A stretch of 64,000 bases of DNA, from positions 13,811 to 77,810 of the forward strand of contig JBBRPR010000041.1 in NCBI GenBank assembly GCA_038227875.1, written 5' to 3'. The translations under genes and the position numbers were made by a program. This document shows positions 48,205 to 58,800 of the stretch, piece by piece. The notes beneath the pieces are model-generated. The model did not search any database and was not told the DNA's origin. It was given only the letters and a program-made list of their open reading frames with translations. This stretch comes from Planctomycetota bacterium (GTDB taxonomy: Bacteria; Planctomycetota; SZUA-567; H5-PLA8). Position 1 is the stretch's first letter; every line of letters starts with the position of its first letter.

Positions 48205-50505
48205 TCACTTTTCTTTTCCGGCGAGGAGACGAATTTCGGATTCGGAGAGCGGATGGTCGTACACCCGGAATTCCGAGAGCTCCCCTTTGTAAAACATATT
48301 CACGCGCGCCGCGGCCGGCCAATGCGCGCCGTACCCCGCACCAAGCTGGCTGATGCTCATCGTCAGATAATCCAGCTTGGCGTTGACCCGGTAGACTTCC
48401 GCGCCGTCCAGAAAGACCGTCTGCAGATCGTCTTTGACGTTCAACGCCGCATGATGCCATTTATCGTCGTTGACGGGAGCCGGGGATTCCGGGGTGTCGG
48501 TGTTGCCCTGCCACAACCTTCCGCGCAGTTTGCCGTCTCCGCCGATGTAGAGAATCGGCGAGTACTGTGAGGGCTGAATGGTTAACGGGGTGTCTTGATT
48601 TTCGAGCAGGGCTCCGTCGGCGCTGGTTTTGAACCAGAGGCTGACGCAGAGCGCGGTCCGCTGGTAGAAAAGTTTTTCGGGCAACTGCACAAACTGGTCG
48701 ACGCCGTTGAACGCCAGGGCGCGCGTGAAGCTGTTGCGGCCAGGCAGGCGCGACGGACCGTTGACCAGCGTCGCGGCGTTCTTTTGCCCGGAATCGTCGC
48801 CTGCGGTGGCGCCGCTGGCCTCGGTGAAATTCAGGAAGATGAGCAGGCCTTGGTAGGGCAGGGCAAGACGTGCGTCGAGGATTGTGAGCTCCGCCGCGTT
48901 TTTCTGCGCAACCAGGGTCGCACCGTGGGCTGCTTTGAACGACTGCAGCGCATTGCGTTGTTCTTCGAAATTCTTCAGTTCACCGAATTTCACAATGGAG
49001 GCCCACGCCGTCGCGGCGGCGCGTTCGTGGTGGACGAATTCGGCGTCGCTGAGCGCCTGCTGGAAACAAGCGAGATCTTCGGGGGAGGCGGATTCGCCCT
49101 TTGAAGTTTTCTGTTCCTTCTGCAGCGTGGCGTGAGCGGCGGTGGCGGCGGCTTCGAATTTTTTATCGCCGGCGATGAGGAGTTCTCCGAAGGCGCGGAC
49201 GAGGCGCGCGTGGGAACTCTCACCCAGCCCGAGACTGGAGAGCTTCACGCGGCTCTCGTCGGGCAGGCCGGCCAGCGGCACGGGCAAGGTCAGACCCTGA
49301 TTGGTGAAGTAGAGCACGCTCTCCTTGATTTCGGCCAGCTTGAACGGCGCGTTGCGGCCGATGCGCAGCGGATCGCCGTGCGCCATCGCCAGCGTCACAG
49401 CCTCGACGTCCTTCAGGCGCGCGGCGCCTTGGAGGAGCGCACCGTCGAGTTCCTTCAGCCACGCGGCGGTGGGATGAAGCGCCGCGAGTTGAGGTTGGTG
49501 CTCGGCGAGCTTCGGTTCTTTCTCCGCCTGTGCTAGGAGCGTGGTGACGGTGTCGATCTGACGGTTGGCGAGCGCCGACTGAAAATCAAACCGGAACGCG
49601 GTCCACGCGGCCAGCGCGTCGTCGGTTTTGGGGGCTGGCGGAGCGGGGCTTGATTCCGGCGGCGCAGCGTCGGGAATTTTTGCGGGTTCGGCGGCCGCGA
49701 CTGCCGGTGCTGGCGGCACGGTAGGCGCGGGGCTTGCGATGGGCGGCGGTGATTTGAGATCAGAGAGCATGCGGCGTGCGCGCGCGGAGACGATATTTTC
49801 CGGATACTGTTTCAGAAAATCTTCGAGTGCCGCGGTCTGGGCCGCTTTGTCGAGAGACGCGACGGTGCGATTGAGCGTATCGAAGGCGGCGTTGGCGTCC
49901 TTCTCCGGGTCGGGGCGGTTGACGTTGAGCGGATCTGGACTGGGCGCACTCGATTCAACGGGTGTGTGGGGCCTCGACGAGGCAACAGATCGAGGGGGCG
50001 CGGGTGCAACAGGTTCGGAGCGCACTTTTTCCACTTCGGCTTTGGGGGGCTTGGCGCCGCTGAACATGATTACACCGATGCCGAGAATGACGAACAGCGC
50101 GGACGCGCCAACGGCGAAGAGCGCATTATTGTTCGTCGCTTTCGGCGGTGGTGAAAGCCGTCCACTGACCTGCAAGGGAAGTGGTGTCGCGGCACCGAAG
50201 CTGCTTTGGGACGCTGACGTGGACTTGGCGGGCGTGTGCGAAGCGCTCGACGCGCGCGTGATCTTTGGGCGCGAACCGTGGGTGGTGGGCGGCGGCGCGG
50301 CGCTTTCGGTGGTGGGAATGGCGGACGCGGAGGCTTTCGCGCGCGCCAGTTGTTGATCGGTGATCGCGTCGATTTGTCCGGTGACGACGCCGACGGAACA
50401 GGACTTGCAGTAAACGCCCTTGGCCTGCTTGTCGGCGGCGAGACCGGCGGTGACGTCCGCGTCGGTGATTCGCTTGCCGCATTTTTCGCAGAACCAGAAT
50501 TTCAT
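48205..50505 (-). CDS. C4 zinc-finger single-pass membrane protein with C-terminal LamG-like domain (tandem paralog)
   Basis: MKFWFCEKC-x23-CKSC, TM LFAVGASALFVILGIGVIMF, LamG (VNDDKWHH, Y.G.L.EFRVY...LS). Confidence 0.75.
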   Translation of the reverse strand: MKFWFCEKCGKRITDADVTAGLAADKQAKGVYCKSCSVGVVTGQIDAITDQQLARAKASASAIPTTESAAPPPTTHGSRPKITRASSASHTPAKSTSASQSSFGAATPLPLQVSGRLSPPPKATNNNALFAVGASALFVILGIGVIMFSGAKPPKAEVEKVRSEPVAPAPPRSVASSRPHTPVESSAPSPDPLNVNRPDPEKDANAAFDTLNRTVASLDKAAQTAALEDFLKQYPENIVSARARRMLSDLKSPPPIASPAPTVPPAPAVAAAEPAKIPDAAPPESSPAPPAPKTDDALAAWTAFRFDFQSALANRQIDTVTTLLAQAEKEPKLAEHQPQLAALHPTAAWLKELDGALLQGAARLKDVEAVTLAMAHGDPLRIGRNAPFKLAEIKESVLYFTNQGLTLPVPLAGLPDESRVKLSSLGLGESSHARLVRAFGELLIAGDKKFEAAATAAHATLQKEQKTSKGESASPEDLACFQQALSDAEFVHHERAAATAWASIVKFGELKNFEEQRNALQSFKAAHGATLVAQKNAAELTILDARLALPYQGLLIFLNFTEASGATAGDDSGQKNAATLVNGPSRLPGRNSFTRALAFNGVDQFVQLPEKLFYQRTALCVSLWFKTSADGALLENQDTPLTIQPSQYSPILYIGGDGKLRGRLWQGNTDTPESPAPVNDDKWHHAALNVKDDLQTVFLDGAEVYRVNAKLDYLTMSISQLGAGYGAHWPAAARVNMFYKGELSEFRVYDHPLSESEIRLLAGKEK

Positions 50506-50558
50506 GCAGGCATTGTCGCGAGTGGGACGGGGGAGAGCAAGACAAAAGGCGCTACGCG

Positions 50559-50754
50559 CAGGGGTCAGGGGTCAGGGGCCAAGGGTCAGAGGTGAGGATG
50601 CGAAGAGGCGGAAGTCAGTGTTGATCGTGGGGGAACGCGCAGAGGCAATGATCATCACCGCGTTCCGCATTTTGCAATCTTGCAACGAGCGGGCTGGGCG
50701 GGCGAGTACTTTACGCACGCTTATCCATCTCTGACCCCTGACCCCTGGGGCCCT
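50559..50754. repeat. Inverted GGGGTCA heptamer arrays
   Basis: ggggtcaggggtcaggggccaagggtcagag (50561-50591) vs ctctgacccctgacccctg (50729-50747). Confidence 0.75.
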
Positions 50755-50762
50755 ACGGGCCC

Positions 50763-52820
50763 CTAGAATTTCCAGTTGAACTCGATGCCGCCGAGGAAAT
50801 TGGCGCCGGCGGCGGGGAAGGTGTTGGTGTCCTGATAGTGTTCGTCGGTCAGATTTTGAACGCGGCCGAAGACGCGCCAGTGGCAGAAAAAACGGTAGCT
50901 GGCGGCGGCGTCGAGGCGGCCGTAGCTGTCGTTGCGCACGCGCGCGAAAGAATTTCCGCCGGCCGGGCCAAGGTCGGGGCGGCTGGATTCGTGAAAGTAG
51001 CTCAGCGACAGATCCAGGCCTGACAGCGGACGCGCGATGGCTTCGGCGGTGACGGTGGCGTTGGGGCGGCGGGCGAGCTGGGCGCCAGTCTGATCTTCCG
51101 ACTGCAGGAACGTCGCGGTGCTGCGCAGGGTCAATTGCTTGATCGGATCGATGCTGCCGACCAGTTCCAGGCCGCGCGATTCGGCGGTCTTGAGGTTCGA
51201 GAATTTGCTCGTGGTCAGCGAGAAGTCGATCAGGTCTTTGAAGTTGTTCCGGAACACGGTTGCGCCGACGAGGATGCGGTCCTTCCAGAAATGCTGGTCG
51301 ACGCCGGCATCGTAAGCGAGATTGCGTTCGGGGGTGAGGCCCGGGTTGCCGAATGCGGAGAAGAATTCGAAGAAGCTGGGCGCACGGAACGCGTTGCCCA
51401 TCGAGCCGTGGATTTTCGTATCGCTTTCGGGAACCAGGATCGCGATGTCGCCGCGCGCGGTCGTGAATTCGCCGAATTGCTGATTCTGTTCGCGCCGCAC
51501 GCCGCCGGTAAGGAAGGCTCGGTCGTAGAGCGAGAGCCGGTTCTGGAAGTAGATGGAGTAGTCGGTGCGTGACAGGTCGGCGTTGTTGCCGAACTGCGTA
51601 TCGTGCTGGTGGAAGGATTCGTCTTCGAAATCGGCGCCGACGGTGACGACATCCTTGATTTTCTCGTCACAGGTCGCAAACGCGGTGATGTCGTTCTGCC
51701 AGTCGACCTGCGGGCGGCGTTCGTGGGTCCAGGTGTGCCCGGTGCTCTGCGCAAAGCCCGCCACGGCGGAGGTCGGATTGTCCGGGCGCGAATTGTTGTC
51801 GGAATTGTAGAGGTAGGTGCCGACGCGCAGCGTGGTCGTCCAAATTGGAAGGATGTGGCCCTTGTATTCCAGGCCGGCGAGCAGATCGTCGTTCTGAATG
51901 TGGTCGTTGGGGTCCTGCGGTTCAACGGCCGGACCGTAGCCGGTGGCGGAGTCTTCGTAGAAACCCTTGTTGAATTCGGTGCCGCGGAAGATCAATTTCA
52001 GCGTGTGGTCGCAGTTGAAATCAAAATCAAAGCGCGCGGCGTAACTGAGCTGATCGACGGCGGAGTTGATGTAGTCGGTGCGTTCGCTGTTGAAGCGGGA
52101 GGCGCCGATGTTGTAGGAAAATTTACCCTCGGAGCCTTCCAGGCTGAGCGTTTCGCGGTCGGTGCGGAAGGTGCCGCCGGCGGCGGACGTGGTGAGATCC
52201 GGGCGGCCTTCGCCCTTCGCGGAGAGAATGTTGATCGCACCGGTGACGGCGTCGGCGCCGAAGAGGCTGGAGGACGGGCCGCGCACGACTTCGATTTTCT
52301 CGGTGCGGATGGGGTCGAAGTGTCCGAAGTCGAAGTTGCCGCCCTGGCGGTTGACTTTGAAATTGTCGACCAGCAGCAGCGTCTGGTTGGAATTTCCGCC
52401 GCGTGTGAAGAGCGTGGTGAAGTCGCCCTGGTGCCCGGCCTGCGAAACCGTGAGGCCCGGAACCTGGCGGAGCGTTTCGCTCAGGTCGTGGACCTGGCGG
52501 ACTTCATCTTCCTCTTTGCCACTGATGATCGTGACGCTGACGCCGGTCTGGCTGACGGGCGTGGGCGTGCGTTCGGCGGTGACGGTCGTGGCGGTGACGT
52601 TGACTTCCGGAAGTTCGACGGGCTGAGCGGCAGTCGCGGGTTGGGGCGCTGGGATTGGCGCAGGGGCGGGGGAGGGCGCGACTGGCGTTGGTACCGGCGT
52701 GGGGGCAGGGGCCTCAGCGGCGCGGACAAATAAAGGTAGGAGCAGGAGCGCCGCGAGGGCGAACCTGAGTCTCTCGAGCGTCGGGCGTACGGAATGGAAC
52801 AACGAACTGGACGTGGACAT
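50763..52820 (-). CDS. btuB: TonB-dependent receptor, cobalamin (BtuB-like)
   Basis: Signal peptide, TonB-box-like VTATTVTA, plug (LR.VPG..V...G..G......RG, IEVVRGP.S.LFG.DA..G.IN), barrel ending in aromatic WKF; riboswitch upstream. Confidence 0.85.
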   Translation of the reverse strand: MSTSSSLFHSVRPTLERLRFALAALLLLPLFVRAAEAPAPTPVPTPVAPSPAPAPIPAPQPATAAQPVELPEVNVTATTVTAERTPTPVSQTGVSVTIISGKEEDEVRQVHDLSETLRQVPGLTVSQAGHQGDFTTLFTRGGNSNQTLLLVDNFKVNRQGGNFDFGHFDPIRTEKIEVVRGPSSSLFGADAVTGAINILSAKGEGRPDLTTSAAGGTFRTDRETLSLEGSEGKFSYNIGASRFNSERTDYINSAVDQLSYAARFDFDFNCDHTLKLIFRGTEFNKGFYEDSATGYGPAVEPQDPNDHIQNDDLLAGLEYKGHILPIWTTTLRVGTYLYNSDNNSRPDNPTSAVAGFAQSTGHTWTHERRPQVDWQNDITAFATCDEKIKDVVTVGADFEDESFHQHDTQFGNNADLSRTDYSIYFQNRLSLYDRAFLTGGVRREQNQQFGEFTTARGDIAILVPESDTKIHGSMGNAFRAPSFFEFFSAFGNPGLTPERNLAYDAGVDQHFWKDRILVGATVFRNNFKDLIDFSLTTSKFSNLKTAESRGLELVGSIDPIKQLTLRSTATFLQSEDQTGAQLARRPNATVTAEAIARPLSGLDLSLSYFHESSRPDLGPAGGNSFARVRNDSYGRLDAAASYRFFCHWRVFGRVQNLTDEHYQDTNTFPAAGANFLGGIEFNWKF

Positions 52821-53019
52821 GCCGCTTCCTTCTCCCGCTGGTGCGGCGGGATCAGATTAATGGGCGCGGTTGCGCACATTAATAGGTTGCGGGTTTCCAG
52901 CCGTGGGAGGAACGATCTCGCGCCCCGAGATTAAAATGGGCGACGAAAAAATTCTATCGCGGCCTGCACATGCGAGGCAGCGCTCCACGGCTTCCGTGAT
53001 CGCGGAAACCCGTGAAGGC

Positions 53020-53215
53020 TCTTCGTCGGCAGGTCTTCTGACTTCCGGTTCGTCCTTCCCGCTGCCCTTCCCGCTTCCCCATTTAAGGAGGAAGCAGTGG
53101 CATGCAGCGAGTCGTCCCCGGTAACAGCGGCGACCACCGTGACGGAATCACACCGTCTTCCCTTTTCACGCTCAACTCCCCCAAACCAGAGCGCACCGAA
53201 AAGAGCCTTCTGTTT
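53020..53215 (-). ncRNA. Cobalamin riboswitch
   Basis: Minus strand AAAAGGGAAGACGGTG..ATTCCGTC..CCGCTGT..GCCACTG..GGGAAG..AGTCAGAAGACCTGCC (B12 box); boundaries approximate. Confidence 0.9.
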
Positions 53216-53297
53216 TTGATTGTTAAGGAGCCTTATAGCGACGGTATGCGGCGTGGCAACTCGATTTTTGAACATGTGCGTTGCGCCGTTTCTAAGC

Positions 53298-53335
53298 GGG
53301 GGAACCCCGCCGCCAATTGGCGGCAGGGCTCCCCC
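53298..53335. repeat. Palindrome centred on GCCAATTGGC
   Basis: gggggaaccccgccgcc-aatt-ggcggcagggctccccc. Confidence 0.6.
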
Positions 53336-53447
53336 CCAAAAATCCCCTCAAGAAGCCCAGCGGAAATCACGATAAAGCTCCTATCAAAGTCGGTCCGTTG
53401 AGCGTGAATCTGTGCGCTCAATCGTTTGGGGAAACGAGGGGATTGCC

Positions 53448-54722
53448 GTGGGTAACGAGAATGCTGGGCAGGGCGGAAGTCCCGAATCACAGGCGGCCAG
53501 CGGCGTCGGTCAGACCGCCAATATGGGCCGCTCAACCTCCGTCGCCGGGGGCGCGGCAAAGGTATTTCGCGAATTCAAATGGGGCTTGTTGACGCTGTTT
53601 TTACTGATGGTCGTCGTGATCGGACTGGTCTACGACGGCGGTCGCAAGAAGAAGGGGCTCGACGCCGGCGATCCGTCCAAGACGGCTGCGACGCCCGACA
53701 TCAACATCGATCCTGCTGACACGGCTCCGCCGCCGGGACCGGGTGGCACTCCGTCGACGACGGCGGACCTCTCCGATCCGAACGCGGGACCTGCAACGCC
53801 ACCTCCTGCTGGCCCGACTGTTACTCCGCCACCGACGACCAGCAGCCCGAGCAACGCGTCACGCAGCGGACCTCCGGTGGATGTGCCTGATCCGCGCACC
53901 GTCAATAACAATCCGAATCACCGCACGTTGAGCCCGATGCCTTCGACAGGTCTGGGCGAGCCGACGCCTTTGCCGGTTGATGAACCGAAAGTGGCGGTGA
54001 AGTCGTCCAGGCCCGGCGAGCACGGCAAGACCGCCAAGCACGGCGAAGAACCTAAAGAAACGAAAGAAGTGGCCAAGGCGCCAACCGGACCTGAACATAA
54101 CTACGTGGTCAAGGCTGGCGATACGCTGACGAAGATCGCGAACAAGGAACTGCCGGGCAAGGGCAACGTCAAAGCGATTCTGGCGGCGAACAAGGACACG
54201 CTCAGCGACGCCAACCGCCTGAAGGTCGGCATGACGCTGAAGATTCCTGCTTCGCTGCCGGTCACGCCGACGGAAGCTGTCGCGAAGAAAACCGAAGCGA
54301 AGACTGGACGCTCGGCCTCGTCGATGACGGCGGAGAATCCGAACGAGAAAGCTGAAAAGACCGAAGCGGCTGTCGCCGACGCGTACACCGTGCAGTCCGG
54401 TGACACGCTGGAACGGATCGCCCGCAAGCTCTTCAACGACGGCCGCAAGTGGCGCTCGCTGTACGAGTGGAATCGTGAACAGATTCCCGATCCGTCGCGA
54501 TTGCGCGTGGGGCAGACGCTGCGGGTGAAGGACACCGCGGGTGCCAGGTCTGCGTCGCATAATTCGTCGCGTGCCGAGGCGGACATCAAGACCACGGACG
54601 AAACGGTGACGGCGTCGATGACGACCACGAAAGCCGAAAAGAAATCGAAAGCAGAAACAGAAGAACAGGATCCCACCGGGGGCGATGTGCAGGCGTGTTC
54701 GTCCTCCGCGATGATGCCGTAA
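53448..54722 (+). CDS. Membrane-anchored protein with two LysM domains
   Basis: TM WGLLTLFLLMVVVIGLV, Pro-rich linker, YVVKAGDTL..IA...L.VG..LKIP and YTVQSGDTL..IA...L.VGQ.L; start uncertain. Confidence 0.85.
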   Translation: MGNENAGQGGSPESQAASGVGQTANMGRSTSVAGGAAKVFREFKWGLLTLFLLMVVVIGLVYDGGRKKKGLDAGDPSKTAATPDINIDPADTAPPPGPGGTPSTTADLSDPNAGPATPPPAGPTVTPPPTTSSPSNASRSGPPVDVPDPRTVNNNPNHRTLSPMPSTGLGEPTPLPVDEPKVAVKSSRPGEHGKTAKHGEEPKETKEVAKAPTGPEHNYVVKAGDTLTKIANKELPGKGNVKAILAANKDTLSDANRLKVGMTLKIPASLPVTPTEAVAKKTEAKTGRSASSMTAENPNEKAEKTEAAVADAYTVQSGDTLERIARKLFNDGRKWRSLYEWNREQIPDPSRLRVGQTLRVKDTAGARSASHNSSRAEADIKTTDETVTASMTTTKAEKKSKAETEEQDPTGGDVQACSSSAMMP

Positions 54723-54970
54723 AGAGCTAACCAAAAGGGGAAGATTCCGTGTCGGTCTTCCTCCCACCACGAACGGCCCGGTACATCGCGAGGTGTGCCG
54801 GGCCGCTCTCCTTTTGAAACCCACGGACACGCAACAGCAGCAAGTAAAATTAATCACGTATGAAGACACACCGTGATTCACGTTTGAAATTAAAGAACAA
54901 AGTGATCCCATCCGTGCATTTCCCAATTGCACGACTGACGTGCACTTGGCGCACGGGTGATATATCGTTG

Positions 54971-54998
54971 TTGACAAATCACGGAAAAAGCGTAAGTT
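54971..54998 (+). promoter_or_regulatory. Sigma-70-like promoter
   Basis: TTGACA-16 nt-TAAGTT upstream of the HTH-PilZ gene. Confidence 0.45.
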
Positions 54999-55058
54999 GT
55001 GCACAGTGGGCACTCCGGGATTGCGGTCAGATTAAAAGCTTGCAGGGGGGCGAGTAAC

Positions 55059-55658
55059 ATGGGAGTAAGTCAGCAAGCCATAGCGGACGCATTAGGACTT
55101 TCTCGAACGACCGTCACGAAAATTCTGAACCGGGACCCAAAGTACTCGGCCAGCGAGTCCACGCGAGACCTGGTGTTTAACACGGCCGAGAAGATGGGTT
55201 ACGACTTCACCACCATCCGCCGTCCCTTCAAACGCGAATACGGCCGCACCGAAATAAACGCGCGCTGCCACATTGAAATCATCGCCGAAGATGAAAAGCA
55301 GTTGTTCGACAAGGGCGAAGCGACGGCCCGTAATATCGGCGTCGGCGGCGCACTGCTGACCAACATGAAGCTGCCGCGCAATTGCCTGCCGCTCTCCAAA
55401 TTCACGATCCGCTGCCAGTTTATCGACATGCCAACATTGGCCAATCTGGTGGGCGAGTGCCAGGTCGTGCGCATCACCGATTCGCTGGACTTTGGCTGCC
55501 CGGAACTGGGCGTGAAGTTCATCAACACCAGCGTACAGGACCGCAAGATTCTCAAGGACTTCATCGACGTGCGCATGGCCGAAGCGGCCGCGGCGCGGCT
55601 GGCGGCAATGGCCAAGGCCAACGCGGTTCCGGCTCCCCAGTCTCAGCCCACGGCGTAG
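55059..55658 (+). CDS. LacI-type HTH fused to a PilZ domain
   Basis: SQQAIADALGLSRTTVTKILN.....S..TR..V...A..MGY; REYGR (RxxxR), NIGVGG (N/DxSxxG-like), QVVR, LGVKF. Confidence 0.75.
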   Translation: MGVSQQAIADALGLSRTTVTKILNRDPKYSASESTRDLVFNTAEKMGYDFTTIRRPFKREYGRTEINARCHIEIIAEDEKQLFDKGEATARNIGVGGALLTNMKLPRNCLPLSKFTIRCQFIDMPTLANLVGECQVVRITDSLDFGCPELGVKFINTSVQDRKILKDFIDVRMAEAAAARLAAMAKANAVPAPQSQPTA

Positions 55659-55682
55659 TGGTTTTCACGCTATATTTGCGAC

Positions 55683-55713
55683 AAAAATGCGCGTGAATCA
55701 CACGCGCATTTTT
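55683..55713 (+). terminator. Intrinsic terminator (bidirectional form)
   Basis: aaaaatgcgcgtg-aatca-cacgcgcattttt. Confidence 0.8.
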
Positions 55714-55836
55714 ATTGGTAAATTCATCGCTCGATTTTCAAATAATTGTCACGACTACGCTGTTCATAGAGTCTAGTTCTTTATAGAGTCGTTCACGAGT
55801 TGCAGCCGCGTCCGATCGTTTCGGAGAACACCCCGC

Positions 55837-58800
55837 ATGCCACGTATTTCAGTCCGACTGTGCCTCCCGCACATCGCTGCGTTGCTCCTGATTGTTTCCG
55901 GTGCAAGTCGCGCGGCCGAACCGTACAGTTTTCCGGCGCTGGGTGGAGCGGAAGCGTCTCCTGAAACGCAGAAAGCGTTTGAACAGTTTTACGCGGGCAA
56001 TCTCGACGAGGCCGTGAAGCAGTTCCGCGCGTCGACAGACAAGAATCCGCTGGATGCCGCAGCCTGGTTCGGGCTGGGTGTGAACGCGCTGGGCAACTGC
56101 GATCTTCAAAGCGGGCTGGAAATGATGTGCAAGGCGCTGAGCGTCGGGCGTTCGTCGCCGTGGTCGGAACTGTACGTCCAACGCATCGCTCACATTCTGC
56201 CCTACTGCTCCGATCCGCAACCGTTCCGGAAGCTTGCCGACGAATTGCTCAACGATGCCAAAGTTTCGCCGCGGTTGAAAGAATGCGTCCGCGTGAAGTA
56301 CAGCGAGTGGCTCGAGCAGCGCGGCGACTACGATGCTGCTCGGGCGATGCTCAAGCCGCTTAATTTCATCTCGCAGTGGGCGCTGTGTGGCCCCTTCGAC
56401 AACCGCGATGGTTCCGGTTTTGCCACGGCCTACGAGCCGGAGACGGAAGTCGATTTCGAAAAGTCGGTGCAGGGCCGCAACCGCCGCGTCTCGTGGTTCC
56501 AGCCGTCGGCTCAACCGCCAGATGGCAAGATGGAACTCAGTGATCTGTTTGAGCCTCGCATTCACGTGCTGGCGTACGGCGTGAGTTTTGTCAAAGCGGA
56601 GAAAGCCGACTGGGCGGTGGTGCGTGGCGGCGCGGCGGGTGGTTTTGCCGTCTGGGTCAACGGTCAGAAGGCCGGCGCAGTGGCCGACTACAACGAATAC
56701 GGCGCCGACAAGCTCGCGGCCGTGGTTCATCTGCACCAGGGCTGGAACAAGGTGCTGGTGAAAGCGGCGGTGGTGGAAGACACGTCGTGGGCGTTCTCGC
56801 TGCGCTTCTGCACTCTGGATGGCGCTCCGTATCCGAGCCTGACGGCCGATGCCTCCGCGGCAACGTTGAAAGAATTCAACGCCACCAAGTTCGAAGCCGA
56901 CGAAGGGAAGGACAAGCCGGTTGCATTTGAAGGCGGATTGCTGCGGCGCCTGCAGGAGACAATCAAGCAGGAGCCCGACAACATCACGGCGCTCTCAACG
57001 TACGGCTACTTCTACGACATCGAAAATTGGGGCAAGAAAGAAGACCGCGGCGCGCCCAAGCCGTTGCTTCACGCGGTGGAACTCGCGCCGAAGTGTCCGT
57101 TCCTGCGCCTGCTGGTCGCCGGGATGTCCAATGACAACAACGAAGCGCGGCAGAACGCGGAAGCGGCGCTGGCCTCGCATCCGAAACTGCCGAGCACGCT
57201 GGAGATCCTCGCCAATCTGGCCGAAGACAGCCGCCTGCACGTCATCGCTGAAGACTACGCGCGCCAGGCGTGCGCGTGCCTCGGCGACAAACATTGCAGC
57301 CTCTCCACGCTCGCGCTGGCCGATGCGCTGATTGAACGCAGCGACGGCGCGTCTTCGGGGCGCAAGCGCGACGGCGCTTCGGACCGCCGCGCGGAGGCGT
57401 ACCGGCTGGTCAAGAAGTTCGCGAGCGAACATCCGTACTGCGCCGATGGCTGGCGGAGGTTGGCACAGTTGGAAGTGTCCACCAGCGCGCGGCGCGGGGT
57501 GGTGGAGCAGGCGCTGAAGTTCTGTCGCGGCGACGATCAGATCCGCCAGATGTGGTGCGACGAGCTGTCGGCTCAGGGCAAGGACCGCGAAGCGGCGGAG
57601 TTCATCACGCAGGACGACGCAATTCATCCGTTCAGCGTGCAGCAGGTGCTGACGGCCTCGAATCAATTCCGGCGCGCCGGCGATTTGAAATTGGCGACGC
57701 AGATGCTGCAGAACGCCCGGACGCTGGCGCCGGAAAATCCGGACCTGCTCTCCGCGCTGGCGTTGGCGGAGCACTACCAGGGCAAGACCGCGGAAGCGAC
57801 GCAGCTTTATTCACAGGTGCTGCAGCTCAAGCCCAACTCGCCGCGCGTCAAAGATTACCTCGCGGAACTGAACGAAGGCAAGTCGACCGACCGGCAGTTC
57901 TTCGCGGCCTTTGATATCGCGCTGAAGGATCTCAAGCTGCCGAAGGCCGAGGTCTACCCCAACGACAATTCCGTCAACGTGCTGCATCAGGAAGTGGTGA
58001 AGCTGAATACCAATTACAGCGCCAGTCGTATGGTTCATATCGTGGCGAAGGTGCTTCGTCCGGCCGGCGTGAGCGAACTGGCGCGGCACCAGATTTATTA
58101 CGATCCAGAACGGCAGGTAGTCGACATTCTCCACGCGGCAGTGATCACGCCCGATGGCCGCGAACTGTCGCGCGCGGACGTGCGCGATGTTTCGACCTCG
58201 GCGGCCGCCGGCGTGCAGACGCGCATTTACGATGAGCACCATTTGAAGCAGGTGTATTTCCCGGGCCTGGAAACCGGCTCGATCATCGATCTGCAGTACA
58301 CGATCCGCGACACGGGCGACAATCTGTTCGGCGATTACTTCTCCGACACGTTTTATCTCAGCGACGATCAGCCGACGATCAAGAGCCAGTACATCATCGA
58401 TTACCCGAAGACGCTCCACATTCAAAGCCGCACCTTCCGCGCGGAGATTCAGCCGGAGCATCTCGAATCGCCGGACACGAAACGCGAGCTGATGAAATGG
58501 GAGCACGCGAACTCGCCCGGTGTGATGCACGAACCGAGCATGCCGCCGCTGGTCGACGGGCTGGCGCAGTTGCAGATCACCACGATGAGTTCGTGGGAAG
58601 AGGTGGGGAAGTGGTACTGGCATCTCGCCAACGAGAGCCTGGACATGAACGACGATCTGCGCAAAGAGCTGGCGACGATCACGAAGGAGTGCAAAACTGC
58701 GACGGAGAAAGTTCGCGCGGTGCAGCAGTTCGTTGTCCACCAGGTCCGGTATCTGGGCATTGAATTCGGACGCAATGGTTACAAGCCGCACAAGGCCACC

